Positions 27,600-38,859 are shown, counted from the stretch's first letter. The stretch is 64,000 nt of DNA from an uncultured Pseudomonadota bacterium (GCA_963847705.1 CAWKBC010000001.1:64001-128000); one strand, 5' to 3'. A program made the numbers and translations. Notes: generated by a model from the sequence alone, not told the origin.

Positions 27600-28721
27600 T
27601 CAGCGTCCGCCGCGACGACGCCGGCGGTGATGGGGGCCGGCGTAGGCCGGCGCTCCCGTGCGTGCTTCGACGCGGGGCGGATCGGCACCGCGCGCGTCGC
27701 CGCGCGGTTGATCGACCCGGTGGGCTCCAACCTGGGGCGACGGTCCGCCCGGCCTTGCTTGCAGCGACGGTCCGCCCGGTCTCGCCTGGTGTGACGGGCC
27801 GCCCGGTCTTGCCTGCAGCGGCGGTCCGTCCGGCCTCGCTAGCAGCGGTGGTCCACCCGGTCTCGCCGTCGCCAGGCCGCCGCCCGGGCGCTGCCCCTTG
27901 TCGCGGCCGGCGCGCCCCCGCTCGGCGTCCCGCCCCCGACGGCCGCCGCCGCCCCCGCTGCGGTGCTCGGGCGTCCCCACCTCGGGCACGGTGACGCCGT
28001 CCAGCGTCCCGCGCTGGAGGTGCTGAAAGAGCGCGTCGCCGCAGTCGGCCAGGCGCAGGAGCCGCGCGTCGTAGCGGGCCAGGTGCTCGGTCAGGTTGCG
28101 CAGGTCGCGCCGCAGGATCTGACGGGCGTTGTTGTTGCCCGCCACCTCGACCACCTGGGGCAGGTCGATGATGGTCGGACCGCCCGCCGCCATGAGAACG
28201 TTGTAGGCCGACAGATCGCCGTGAATGCGCCCGGTGCCGAGCAGCGCCTTCACCTGCAGGAAGACCTCCTGGTGAAGCGCGGTGGCCTCCTCGGCGGTGA
28301 AGGTGAAATCGGCCAGCCGCGAGGCGGGCGTGCCGGCGCCGTCGACGAGCAGCTCCATGAAGAGGACGTTCTCGTACAGGAAGTACGGCTCCGGCACCCG
28401 GACGCCGGCCTCGAAGGCGGCCCGGAGCGCGTGGAACTCCATCTCCTGCCAGTTGTCCTCGATGAGCCCGCGCCCGTAGGCGCTCTTCTTCTGCATCGCG
28501 CGGCGGTCGCGCGAGTTGCGGGTTTGATTCCGCCCCTCGACGTAGCTGGCCGTCTTCTTGAAGGTCCGCTCGTCGCGCGCCTTGTAGACCTTGGCCGCGC
28601 CGAGGTGCCCTTCGCGCTCGACGACGTAGACCGTCGCCTCCTTCCCGCTCATCAGGCGCGCGTGAACGGCGTCGATGATCCCCTCTTCGACGAGGTGGGA
28701 GAGGCCGTCAAACTGGGACAT
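27600..28721 (-). CDS. RIO1-family Ser/Thr kinase with repetitive basic tail
   Basis: SGKEATVY, AKVYK, GVRVPEP, IHGDLSAYNVL, IIDLPQ. Confidence 0.92.
   Translation of the reverse strand: MSQFDGLSHLVEEGIIDAVHARLMSGKEATVYVVEREGHLGAAKVYKARDERTFKKTASYVEGRNQTRNSRDRRAMQKKSAYGRGLIEDNWQEMEFHALRAAFEAGVRVPEPYFLYENVLFMELLVDGAGTPASRLADFTFTAEEATALHQEVFLQVKALLGTGRIHGDLSAYNVLMAAGGPTIIDLPQVVEVAGNNNARQILRRDLRNLTEHLARYDARLLRLADCGDALFQHLQRGTLDGVTVPEVGTPEHRSGGGGGRRGRDAERGRAGRDKGQRPGGGLATARPGGPPLLARPDGPPLQARPGGPSHQARPGGPSLQARPGGPSPQVGAHRVDQPRGDARGADPPRVEARTGAPAYAGPHHRRRRRGGR
27732..27866 (-). repeat. 5 x 27-bp coding tandem repeat (ARPGGPSLQ-like)
   Basis: plus-strand units at 27732, 27759, 27786, 27813 and 27840. 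Confidence 0.85.
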
Positions 28722-28757
28722 TCGTCGCCGCTGAGGGCCCCGGTCGGTTTTCTTGCG

Positions 28758-29009
28758 TCAGGCGGGACGATCCGTGGCGGGGGACGAGACGTTCTTCCGG
28801 TTGCGGGCGGCCAACCGCCGCAAGAGCTCGACGCGCGGAAGGTACAGGTGCCAGCGCTTGCCGTGGCGCTCGTAGGGGTTCGGCTGGGTCACCCAGCCCT
28901 TGAGCTGGATCGGCGTCGTCACCGCCGTCGAGAGATAGACCTCGGTGAAGAGGTTGTCCTTCATGGCTCGTTTCGCCAGCACCGGACTCTCGAAGAAATT
29001 GTCGCCCAC
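28758..29009 (-). CDS. small hypothetical protein
   Basis: 83-aa ORF with coding-like codon bias filling the gap between co-oriented genes. Confidence 0.55.
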   Translation of the reverse strand: MGDNFFESPVLAKRAMKDNLFTEVYLSTAVTTPIQLKGWVTQPNPYERHGKRWHLYLPRVELLRRLAARNRKNVSSPATDRPA

Positions 29010-29078
29010 GGCGGCCTTCTACCAGATTTCGCGCTTTTATGCAGGCCCGTCGGCCAGGCCACCCTCGAACGCAGGCGC

Positions 29079-30968
29079 TCACCCGAGCCGGCGCTGCGTC
29101 TCCCGGACGATGTCGAACGGCTTGTCCACGGTGCGGTCGAGATGGCGGGCCACGAACGCGCGCGCGCGCGGCAAGAACGCCCCGCCGGTCATGAAGACCA
29201 TCTTCGCGGCGGCCTCGGGCGCCTCCAGGGCCAGCGCCTCGGCGACGTCCATCCCGGTCATCCCCGTCATCATGAGATCGCAGAACACGAGGTCGACGTC
29301 AGGTTGCGTGCGCAGCAGCTCCAACCCCTCCTTGCCGTCGGACAGCGCGGTGACGCGATATCCGGCCGAGCGCAGCTGCAGGGTCAGCGCCCGCGCGACC
29401 ATGGCGTCGTCCTCGATCAGAACGATGTGGCGTCCCGCGGCCATCACCGCCTTCGCCGCGGGCGAGGGCTCCGGCCTGGCGGCGGGCCCGCTGGGGGCCG
29501 CGGGCAGCGTCACGCGAAAGAGCGCCCCCCCCGCCGGCCGGTCGAGGACCTCGACGTCGCCGGCCAGCCCCTGCACGATGTTGCGGCAGACGAACAGGCC
29601 GAGCCCGGTCCCCTTGCCGATCTCCTTCGTCGAGAAGAACGGCTCGAAGATTCGGTCCCGATCCGCGGCCGGGACCCCCGGTCCGGAGTCGGCCACGTCG
29701 AGCAGAACCCGCGCCCCCTCATCTCGGGTGCGCAGGGTGACCTCGTTGGTCCCGGTTGAATCAGCAGGCAGCGCCTGGAGCGCGTTGACCACCAGGTTCA
29801 GGACGACCTGCACGAGGCGCGCTTCGTTGCCCATCACCGGGCGCGTCGGCTGGAGATCGAGGACCAGACGCGCGCGGGCCTCGACCTCCTTGCCCACCAG
29901 CTTGAGCACCGACAGCACCACGCCCCGGAGATCCACCGGGCAGAGGCTGATGTCCTCGGGACGGCTGAACGTCCGGAGGTCGCGGGTGATGCCGGCGATC
30001 CGCGCGGTCCCCGAGCGGACCGGGGCCAGCCCCTCCTTGAGGCGCCCGAGCGCCGCCTGCGCGGCCGGCACCTCGGGGCCGTCCATTTTGGCCAGCAGCC
30101 CCTCGAGCACGCCGACCTCGGTCTCCATCGCTTCGGCCTGCGCGAGAACGTAAGCGAGCGGGTTGTTGATCTCGTGCGCGACGCTGGCCGCCAGCGTCCC
30201 CAGGGCCATCACCCGATCATTCCGGATGGTCGTCTGCTGCAGCCGGTGGAGCTCGCTGATGTCGTGTGACAGACCCGTGAGCCCCACGATCTCGCCGGCC
30301 GCTCCGCGCAGCGGCGTCAGCCAGGTGTGATAGACCGCCTCGCCCGCCTGGGCGGTGTACCAAAAGGACTCGCCCGCCAGGCCACGCCGGATGTAACCCG
30401 GGATGGTGGGATGAGCGCCGAAGATATCCAGCACCTTCTGCCCGACGAGCTGGCCCGACTTGACGCCGAGGGCGGTCAGGCCGGCCCCCTCGGACATCGT
30501 CACCACGCTGTCCGCGTCGGTCGTCCAGATGGCGATCGGCGCGTGGTCGCAGGCAAACCGGAGGTGTGCCTCCACGCGGTTCCGTTCCGTCTGGGCCGCG
30601 ACCTCCCGGGTGATGTCGAGGAAGGCGACGATGACGTGCGAGACCGCTCCCCCTTCATCGAAGACCGGGGAGCCGAAGAACCGAACGTTGATGTCGCCTT
30701 CGGGCCGCCGCGCCACCAGATCGTCGACCGTCACCGGTTGACCGGTGGCCAGGACGCGCGCAAACGGCAAGCTCTCGAACGGGTAGGGGCGGCCGTCGCG
30801 ACCGAAGAGACCATAGGTCTGGGGCGCGTCGCCGAGGCGGCTCGAGGCCAACGGCGCCCCGAGGATCCGCTCGAACGCCCGGTTCGTGTAAACCGTCGCC
30901 CCGTCGGGAACCTTGCCAACCCACACCGCCACGGGCAGGTCGTCAAGGATGGAGGCCAGGTCCATCAT
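29079..30968 (-). CDS. PAS-PAS hybrid sensor histidine kinase
   Basis: AHEINNPL H-box, QVVLNLVVNA, DSGPG, FFSTK, GTGLGL; C-terminal receiver (IEDD, CDLMM). Confidence 0.93.
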   Translation of the reverse strand: MMDLASILDDLPVAVWVGKVPDGATVYTNRAFERILGAPLASSRLGDAPQTYGLFGRDGRPYPFESLPFARVLATGQPVTVDDLVARRPEGDINVRFFGSPVFDEGGAVSHVIVAFLDITREVAAQTERNRVEAHLRFACDHAPIAIWTTDADSVVTMSEGAGLTALGVKSGQLVGQKVLDIFGAHPTIPGYIRRGLAGESFWYTAQAGEAVYHTWLTPLRGAAGEIVGLTGLSHDISELHRLQQTTIRNDRVMALGTLAASVAHEINNPLAYVLAQAEAMETEVGVLEGLLAKMDGPEVPAAQAALGRLKEGLAPVRSGTARIAGITRDLRTFSRPEDISLCPVDLRGVVLSVLKLVGKEVEARARLVLDLQPTRPVMGNEARLVQVVLNLVVNALQALPADSTGTNEVTLRTRDEGARVLLDVADSGPGVPAADRDRIFEPFFSTKEIGKGTGLGLFVCRNIVQGLAGDVEVLDRPAGGALFRVTLPAAPSGPAARPEPSPAAKAVMAAGRHIVLIEDDAMVARALTLQLRSAGYRVTALSDGKEGLELLRTQPDVDLVFCDLMMTGMTGMDVAEALALEAPEAAAKMVFMTGGAFLPRARAFVARHLDRTVDKPFDIVRETQRRLG

Positions 30969-31034
30969 CAGCCGGCGGCATCATACTCCCGACCGCCGCG
31001 GTCCAGCGATGATCGAGGGTCGGAGGGGCGCGGT

Positions 31035-31361
31035 CTAGGCGGCGGCCCGCAACGGAGGCGCCTCAGCGACCATCGTTTGCAGGTACGCCGCCAGGTGGCT
31101 GGGACCCAGCCGACGGACGATGCGCAGCGGGCGGTGGTGCGCGCGTGCGACCTGTCGCGCCAGCCGTACGGCGTTGTGGCTGTTGACGTCGGTCAAGACG
31201 AAGACCAGGTCCGACCGGACGACCAGCGCGCGCAGGCTGGTGGAGGTCGCCTTACCGGCGATCACACCGGTGTGGGTGTCGAGCTCGTGCCCGCCCGCCC
31301 GTGCCACCGCTTCCAGGTCGCGGGCCACTCTGTCCAAGCCTCCTACGATTCCGATTCGCAT
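31035..31361 (-). CDS. DUF2325 family protein
   Basis: IGIVGG, H.G, SDLVFVLTDVNSHNA pattern. Confidence 0.8.
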   Translation of the reverse strand: MRIGIVGGLDRVARDLEAVARAGGHELDTHTGVIAGKATSTSLRALVVRSDLVFVLTDVNSHNAVRLARQVARAHHRPLRIVRRLGPSHLAAYLQTMVAEAPPLRAAA

Positions 31362-31403
31362 CGTCGCTGTGCTCGCTTTCTGCTGTCTCGTATACGCCAG
31401 CGG

Positions 31404-31421
31404 CGTCTATTATACAAGACA
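31404..31421. promoter_or_regulatory. putative operator, palindrome copy 1 (CGTCTATTATACAAGACA)
   Basis: 15/18 match to TGTCTATTATAATAGACA; ~40 bp upstream of the DUF2325 start. Confidence 0.7.
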
Positions 31422-31505
31422 AGACGCGGCCGCCGTCGCCTGCCAGTCCCGGTTTCCCCGATCTTGGTGGCCGCAACTGGAAACGTCGGGTCCGGCCTGA
31501 TGTAT

Positions 31506-31523
31506 TGTCTAATATGATAGACA
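31506..31523. promoter_or_regulatory. putative operator, palindrome copy 2 (TGTCTAATATGATAGACA)
   Basis: 16/18 match; ~55 bp upstream of the beta-CA/metY/metA operon. Confidence 0.75.
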
Positions 31524-31578
31524 TGCGTCTTTGGGCGAGCTAGCGTTGCCTCCGTCTCGAGACGAAAGGGGAGAGCCG

Positions 31579-32160
31579 ATGAGCCAGATTCTGAAAGAGG
31601 TCCTGGAGGCCAACGGGGCGTATGCGGCCGGCTTCGGGGACAAGGGCAAGCTGGCCCTTCCACCCGCGCGGCGCTTCGCCATCCTGACGTGCATGGATGC
31701 CCGCATCGACCCGGCCAAGCTGGCGGGGCTGAGGGAAGGCGACGCGCACGTGATCCGGAACGCCGGCGGTCGCGCCAGCGACGACGCCATTCGCTCCCTG
31801 GTCATCTCGTACAAGCTGCTGGGGACGCGAGAGTGGTTCGTCATTCACCACTCCAACTGCGGGATGGAGCTCTTCACCGACGAGATCATCCGCGGTCTGC
31901 TCCGTTCGAGCCTCACGACCTCGACCTTCGACGGCAAGGTCTGGAAGGACAGCGGGAAAGGGCCGGGCTCGGGCCAGGCCGACTTCATCGACTGGCTGAC
32001 CATTCGCGATCAGGCGGAGAGCGTCACCACCGACATCGAGCGGATCCGCAACCACCCGCTCGTCCCGCGCGACATCCCGATCTACGGATACGTCTATCAC
32101 GTCGAGACGGGTCGCCTCGTCGAGGTCCCCCAGGCCATCGCCGTCGGCCGCGCCGCCTGA
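31579..32160 (+). CDS. beta-class carbonic anhydrase, clade D / COS-hydrolase-like
   Basis: [47 protein letters not shown] Zn ligands, [10 protein letters not shown]. Confidence 0.9.
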   Translation: MSQILKEVLEANGAYAAGFGDKGKLALPPARRFAILTCMDARIDPAKLAGLREGDAHVIRNAGGRASDDAIRSLVISYKLLGTREWFVIHHSNCGMELFTDEIIRGLLRSSLTTSTFDGKVWKDSGKGPGSGQADFIDWLTIRDQAESVTTDIERIRNHPLVPRDIPIYGYVYHVETGRLVEVPQAIAVGRAA

Positions 32161-33483
<1,323 letters not shown>

Positions 33484-33503
33484 GGCGCCGCCAAGGTCGC
33501 CCC

Positions 33504-34382
33504 ATGGCGCTGGTACGCGAGGGGACGAAGCCGGTGGGCCGCCGGCTTCGCGTCGGCATCATCAACATCATGCCGCGCGCCGAGACCTACGAGGCGAACC
33601 TCACCCGTCCGCTCGCCCGGGCCCCCTTGGCGGTCGAGCCGGTCTGGATCCGCCTGGGCTCGCACGTCTACAGCAGCAGCAACGTGCGCCACATCGCGCG
33701 GCGATACCTGACGTTCGAACAGGCCACCGGCAGCTTGCCGCTCGATGGCCTCATCCTGACCGGTGCGCCCGTCGAGGAGCTGGCGTTCGAGGAGGTGCAC
33801 TACTGGCCCGAGCTGGTGGCGATCCTGCAGGAGGCCAGGCGGACGATTCCCAGCACCCTGGGTCTCTGCTGGGGAGGCCTGGCACTGGCCAAGCAGCTGG
33901 AGATCGACAAGGAGGTCTTCCCCAAGAAGCTGTTCGGCGTCTACCGGAACCGGAACCTCAACCCTCAGGCCGGCGTCCTCGGCGACAGCGACCAGCTCTT
34001 CTGGTGCGCCCACAGCCGGCACTCGGGCATCCGCGACGACGTCCTGGAAAGCGCCGCCGCCGACGGGCGCGTCGAGCTCCTCAGCCACGCGTCCGAGACC
34101 GGCTATTCGATCTTCCGGAGCAGCGACCGCCGTTACCTCATGCACCTCGGACACCCCGAGTACGACGCGCACCGCCTGGCGTTCGAATGGACGCGCGACC
34201 GATCACTCGGGCGAGCCGACGTCGAGGCTCCGCGGAACTTCGATCCCGCCTCACCGAAAGCGGTCTGGCTCTCGCACTGCGAGACGCTGTTCTCCCGGTG
34301 GCTGGCGTCGTTGCGCCAGGCCCCGCACGCCGGCGCTCTTCCGGCGGTGGAAGCCGTCGGCGGCGACCGTCAGATCATGTAA
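33504..34382 (+). CDS. metA: homoserine O-acetyltransferase, MetA fold (MetAA)
   Basis: GIINIMP, TGAPVE (Glu = acetyl-CoA specificity, versus Gly in succinyl enzymes), LCWG, HSRH, GHPEY. Confidence 0.88.
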   Translation: MALVREGTKPVGRRLRVGIINIMPRAETYEANLTRPLARAPLAVEPVWIRLGSHVYSSSNVRHIARRYLTFEQATGSLPLDGLILTGAPVEELAFEEVHYWPELVAILQEARRTIPSTLGLCWGGLALAKQLEIDKEVFPKKLFGVYRNRNLNPQAGVLGDSDQLFWCAHSRHSGIRDDVLESAAADGRVELLSHASETGYSIFRSSDRRYLMHLGHPEYDAHRLAFEWTRDRSLGRADVEAPRNFDPASPKAVWLSHCETLFSRWLASLRQAPHAGALPAVEAVGGDRQIM

Positions 34383-36183
34383 TAGAGCTGTTGGGCGTTC
34401 TTGGACCGACGCGCCATGCAGTGCGGGCAGCCATTGGGGGGGCGCCGGGACCGTCGAGCCGCTGGTAGGCGCGGCGTACGGCGGTGACCGTCGACAGGCC
34501 TGGGAATGCCGGGTCGCCCGGGACGACCTGCTCGCCGGAGAGCCAGCTGTCGAAGCGCAGATTCTGCATGACGCGCGCGAAGTCCGTCCGGACGCCGCAG
34601 AGCCACACGGGGATCGCCTGGGCGGACAGGTCGCGCAGGAATCGCTCGAGGTGCTCCATGCAGACCAGGTCGGGGTTCCGGGCGCGCCGGACGCGCAGGA
34701 CCACCAGCTGCGCTCCGGCGGCGACCCGCGCCCGGACCTTGTCGAGGTGGATGTCCAGCTCCGGGGCGGCGCCAAAGAAGAACTCCCCTTCCAGATCGTA
34801 GATGACGGCCGCCCGGCAGAGGGCCGTGCTCGGCATCGGGCGCGCGGATGACGCCGTTCGCGTCGACGACCAGCTCGGTCCCCTTGAGGCGCGCCGCCCG
34901 CGGGACGAACAGCAGGATCGAGAGGCCGACGCCGATCAGGATGGAGAACTCGACGCCGACGAAGATCGCCGAGAACGCCGTGACCAGCACCAGCCCGGCG
35001 TCGAAGCGGGAGGCGCGGACGGCGTAGCCGAGACGCCGCCAATCGATGAGCCGCGCGGCGGTCACCAGCAGGAGCCCGGCCAGGGCGCTCTTCGGCACGT
35101 ACCGGGCCAGCGGCGCCCAGAGCACCACGACCAGCGCGACGGCGCCGGCGGTGATGAGCCCGGAGGTCCGGCTGACGGCGCCGGCCTGGTAATTGATCGC
35201 CGAACGGGTCAGCGAGCCGGAGCCGGGCAGGCACTGGAAGAAGCCGCCGCCCAGGTTGGCCAGGCCCTCGGCCAGGCACTGCCGGTTGTAGTCGAGCGGC
35301 TGGCGGGTCTCGTGGGCGATCGACTTGGAGATCGCCAGCGCCTCCAGCAACCCCAGGAGCGCGATCGCCAGCGCGCTGCCCGAGAGGTCCTTGATCCAGG
35401 CGAACTTGATCTCCGGGATGTGAAAGCCAGGCAGGCTGGCAGGCACGCGGCCGATCGTGGCCACCAGAGGCGTGCCGTGGGCGCCGGGGCTCGACCAGCC
35501 GAGCCGCCCGGCGACCAGCGCGGCGACGACGAGCGCGAGCAGCATGTCGATGCGCGGCAGGCGGTAACGCACGGCGAGCCGACGGACGCCGACGACCAGC
35601 GACGATGGTGCCGAGCGCCGAGCGCCAGCGCACGGGGGTTGACCGGGGTGTGGCTGGTCAGCGTGAGCCACAGCCGGTGCACCAGCAGCTGATGGCCGCT
35701 CCCCTTGTCGGGGATTCCGAGCAGGTTGCCGACCTGGCCGAGCCCGACCAGCAGCCCGGCGCCGGCCATGAACCCCAGCACCACCGATTCGGAGATGTAG
35801 CGGGTCAGATCGCCCAGGCGAAAGACGGCGATCAGGATCTGCAGCGAGCCGACCATGATCCCCAGCAGGAAGGTCGCCTGATAGGCGTCGTACCGCGCCT
35901 CCGGATCGAAGATCGCCAGCGCGCTGAAGACGACCAGCGAGATGGCGTTGGTCGGCCCGTTGATGAGGTGCGAGGAGGAGCCGAAGATCGAGGCGATGGC
36001 GGTCACCACGATGGCCGAGTAGAGCCCGAAGCGGGGATCGACGCCGGCGATCAGCGCGTAGGCCATCGCCTGGGGGAGGGAGACCGCCGCGACGGTCAGG
36101 CCGGCGATGAGATCCTTGCGCAGCGCCTCGCGGCCATGGGCGCGCGGGCGGGCGACGACCTGCGGCAGCGCCGAGGCGGTCAT
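34370..36183 (-). CDS. SulP-family sulfate permease with STAS domain; at least three frameshifted sites
   Basis: DLIAGLTVAAVSLPQAMAYA, GPTNAIS, GSLTRSAIN, EGEFFFGAA; split across ORFs 35209-36480, 34370-35671 and 34375-34836; probable C-terminus CPHC...LYYMI. Confidence 0.85.
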
Positions 36184-37252
36184 CGGGCGCCTCGCGCCAC
36201 GGCCAGCGCCGGGCCTGGGCGATCGAGCCGGTCGAAGACGCCGCCGTCGCCGAAGAACTTCTGCTGGGCCTCCTCCCAGTCCTTCGCCAGCAGCGTCACG
36301 GGGAAGAGATCCAGCGCGGGAAACGTCCGGCGTGCGCCGCCAGCGCGCGGGGATCGATCGGGCGGTAGCCGTGCGCCGCGATGAGCTCTTGTGCCGCCGG
36401 CGTGAACAGGAACTCGAGGTACGCCTTGGCCACCGCGGCCGTCCCCTTGCGGGCGACGTTGGCGTCGACCCAGGCGACATACGGCTCGGCCAGGATGCTG
36501 GAGCGCGGGTAGACGATCTCCAGATCGCCCTTGGCGTCCTCGACCTCGCGCAGCGCCTCGTTCTCCCAGGTGAGATGGACGTCGCCGATTTTCTCGTCGG
36601 CGAAGGTCGTGGCGGCGCCGCGCGCTCCCTCGGCCAGCGTGCCGGCGTGGCGATAGAGGTCGGCGACGAAGGCCCGCGCCTCCGTCTCGTCGCCGCCGGC
36701 GTGGATCACCGAGCCCCAGGCCGCCAGGAAGCTCAGCTTGCCGTTGCCGGAGGTGCGCGGATCGGGCGTGACGATGGCGACGCCCGGCTTGGTCAGGTCG
36801 GGCCAGTCGTGGAGCTGCTTGGGATTTCCCCGCCGCACCACGAAGACGATCGTCGAGGTGTAGGGGCGCGAGCCGTTGGGCAGGCGGGCCTCCCAGCCGT
36901 CGGCGACGAGGCCGTGGCGCTGCAACGCCACGACGTCCGAGTGCATCGCCAGCGTCACGACATCGGCTGGAAGGCCGCCGATCACCGCGCGCGCCTGTCG
37001 CGAGGAGCCGCCGTGTGACTGGGCGACCGTCAACGTCTGGCCGGTGGTCCGCGCGTAGGCGGCCGAGAACGCCCGGTCGACGTCCCGATAGAGCTCACGG
37101 GTGGGATCGTAGGAGACGTTCAGGAAATGCCGTGAGGGGTCCTGCCCGGCGAGGTTCTTGGTCACGACGGCCGTCGCCGTGGCGGCGATGGCCAGCAGCG
37201 CCAAGGCGTCGGTGGCCCAGCGCGGGACCCGCCGCGTCGATTCTCCTATCAT
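36180..37252 (-). CDS. sbp: sulfate ABC transporter substrate-binding protein; one frameshift near 36320
   Basis: LNVSYDPTRELY, SHGGSSRQAR, FVVRRGNPK, PRTSGNG, WENEA; corrected end KFFGDGGVFD overlaps the SulP ATG. Confidence 0.88.
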
Positions 37253-37259
37253 GGACAAC

Positions 37260-37277
37260 TGACTATTATACTATACG
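37260..37277. promoter_or_regulatory. putative operator, palindrome copy 3 (TGACTATTATACTATACG)
   Basis: 14/18 match; between the two divergent sbp starts. Confidence 0.6.
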
Positions 37278-37326
37278 CGGGAAGGCAACCGCCTCGCCAG
37301 CCAACCGTCCGTTGCCAGGGGCCTCG

Positions 37327-38328
37327 ATGTCGAAACGTCCGAAACGTCTACCGCTCGTGCTTCTCTCGCTGGGGATCGCCGCCGCGGGCGTGGCGGAGGC
37401 GCGCGACGTGACGCTGCTCAACGCGTCGTATGACGTCACGCGCGAGCTCTACAAGGAGGTCAACGCCGCGTTCTGCGCCGCCTGGAAGGCGCGCACGGGC
37501 GAGACCCTGACCGTCAATCAGTCGCACGGCGGATCGAGCAAGCAGGCGCGCGCGGTCATCGAAGGTCTGCCGGCCGACGTGGTGACCATGAACCAGGCGC
37601 TGGACATCGACCTCATCGCCGAGAAGAGCGGCCTGGTCGCTGCCGACTGGGCGAAGCGTCTCCCCAACCACGCGGTCCCCTTCACGTCGACGATCCTGTT
37701 CGTGGTCAGGAAGGGCAATCCCAAGCAGATTCGTGACTGGGGCGATCTGATCAAGCCGGGCGTCGTCCCGATCATCCCCAATCCCAAGACCTCGGGGAAC
37801 GGGCGCTACAGCTATCTGGCGGCGTGGGTCTACGCGCTCGGCCAGGCGAAAGGGGACGAGACGGCGGCGCGGGCGTTCGTGGGCAAGCTCTTCAAGGCGG
37901 TGCCGGTGCTCGACTCGGGCGGGCGCGCCGCCACCAGCACCTTCGGACAGCGTGGGATCGGGGATGTCTTGCTCACCTTCGAGAACGAGGCCCAGCTGGT
38001 GCTCGCTGACTTTCCGGGGAGCGGTCTGGCGGTGGTGGTTCCGTCGGTGAGCATCCTGGCGGAGAGCCCGGTGGCGGTGGTCGACAAGAACGCCGCCGGG
38101 CACGGAACCACGGCGGTGGCGAGCGCCTACCTCCGTTTCCTCTTCGAGCCCGAGGCGCAGGAGCTGGGGGCGCGGCACTTCTTCCGCCCGGTCGATCCGA
38201 AGATCCTGGCGAAGCACGCCGATCGCTTCCCCCAGCTCCGGCTGGTCCCGGTTTCCGATCTGGGCGGCTGGGCGGCCGTTCAGAAGAAGCACTTCGCCGA
38301 CGGCGGCCTCTTCGATCAGCTCTTCTAG
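37327..38328 (+). CDS. sbp: sulfate ABC transporter substrate-binding protein
   Basis: signal peptide; LLNASYDVTRELY, SHGGSSKQAR, PNPKTSGNGRY, FENEA, HFADGGLFDQ. Confidence 0.93.
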   Translation: MSKRPKRLPLVLLSLGIAAAGVAEARDVTLLNASYDVTRELYKEVNAAFCAAWKARTGETLTVNQSHGGSSKQARAVIEGLPADVVTMNQALDIDLIAEKSGLVAADWAKRLPNHAVPFTSTILFVVRKGNPKQIRDWGDLIKPGVVPIIPNPKTSGNGRYSYLAAWVYALGQAKGDETAARAFVGKLFKAVPVLDSGGRAATSTFGQRGIGDVLLTFENEAQLVLADFPGSGLAVVVPSVSILAESPVAVVDKNAAGHGTTAVASAYLRFLFEPEAQELGARHFFRPVDPKILAKHADRFPQLRLVPVSDLGGWAAVQKKHFADGGLFDQLF

Positions 38329-38346
38329 CGGAGGCCGCCGTGGGCA

Positions 38347-38364
38347 TGTCTATTATAATAGACA
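38347..38364. promoter_or_regulatory. putative operator, perfect palindrome TGTCTATTATAATAGACA (copy 4)
   Basis: exact 18-bp self-complementary AT-rich sequence 18 bp after the sbp stop. Confidence 0.7.
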
Positions 38365-38415
38365 ATGTCTTCTCGTCTGCGTTCCCGGGGGAAGCGCGTG
38401 CGCGCACCTCGCGCA

Positions 38416-38478
38416 GACGCGGGTCATACCGCCGTCGATGACGAGCTCCTCGCCGGTGATGAAGGACGCCTCGTCGCC
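38416..38478 (-). pseudogene. C-terminal remnant of an SDR oxidoreductase
   Basis: minus strand reads GDEASFITGEELVIDGGMTR, a classic SDR C-terminal motif, with no upstream body. Confidence 0.6.
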
Positions 38479-38489
38479 GGGGTGCTCGC

Positions 38490-38843
38490 TCACGGTAAGA
38501 ACTCCTGCAGGTTCGTCTTGCCGAAACGGCTCCCCGCTGCCGCCTCACGCAGCTGACCGGCGATGAGCGCCAGGACCCGCTTGACGCCGTCGGTCTTGTC
38601 CGGATCGGTCGCCGGAAGCAGCCGCACGGTGATCTGCCGGTCCTTCTGGGAGAGCTGCACGAAGAACGACTGCGAGCGCCCCTCTTCCACCACCACAGAG
38701 TCGACCAGCGCGGTGTGGCCGGACCGGCTCGAGTAGACATCCACGATCTTGAGGATCTCGCTGCCGTTTCTCACCGCCGCGATCTTGATGCCCTGACAGG
38801 CCAGGCCGAGATCGAGCGCCTCTTCAATCACCACGTGCGGCAT
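38490..38843 (-). CDS. conserved hypothetical protein
   Basis: GAGGAGG RBS; MPHVVIEE...TVRLLPATDPDKTDGVKR; strong codon bias. Confidence 0.7.
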   Translation of the reverse strand: MPHVVIEEALDLGLACQGIKIAAVRNGSEILKIVDVYSSRSGHTALVDSVVVEEGRSQSFFVQLSQKDRQITVRLLPATDPDKTDGVKRVLALIAGQLREAAAGSRFGKTNLQEFLP

Positions 38844-38859
38844 CGGTCGTCCTCCTCGT

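Noticed and set aside
38365-38556. 63-aa ORF after the perfect palindrome
   Set aside because: No RBS, and most of it is antisense to an SDR remnant and the next gene.
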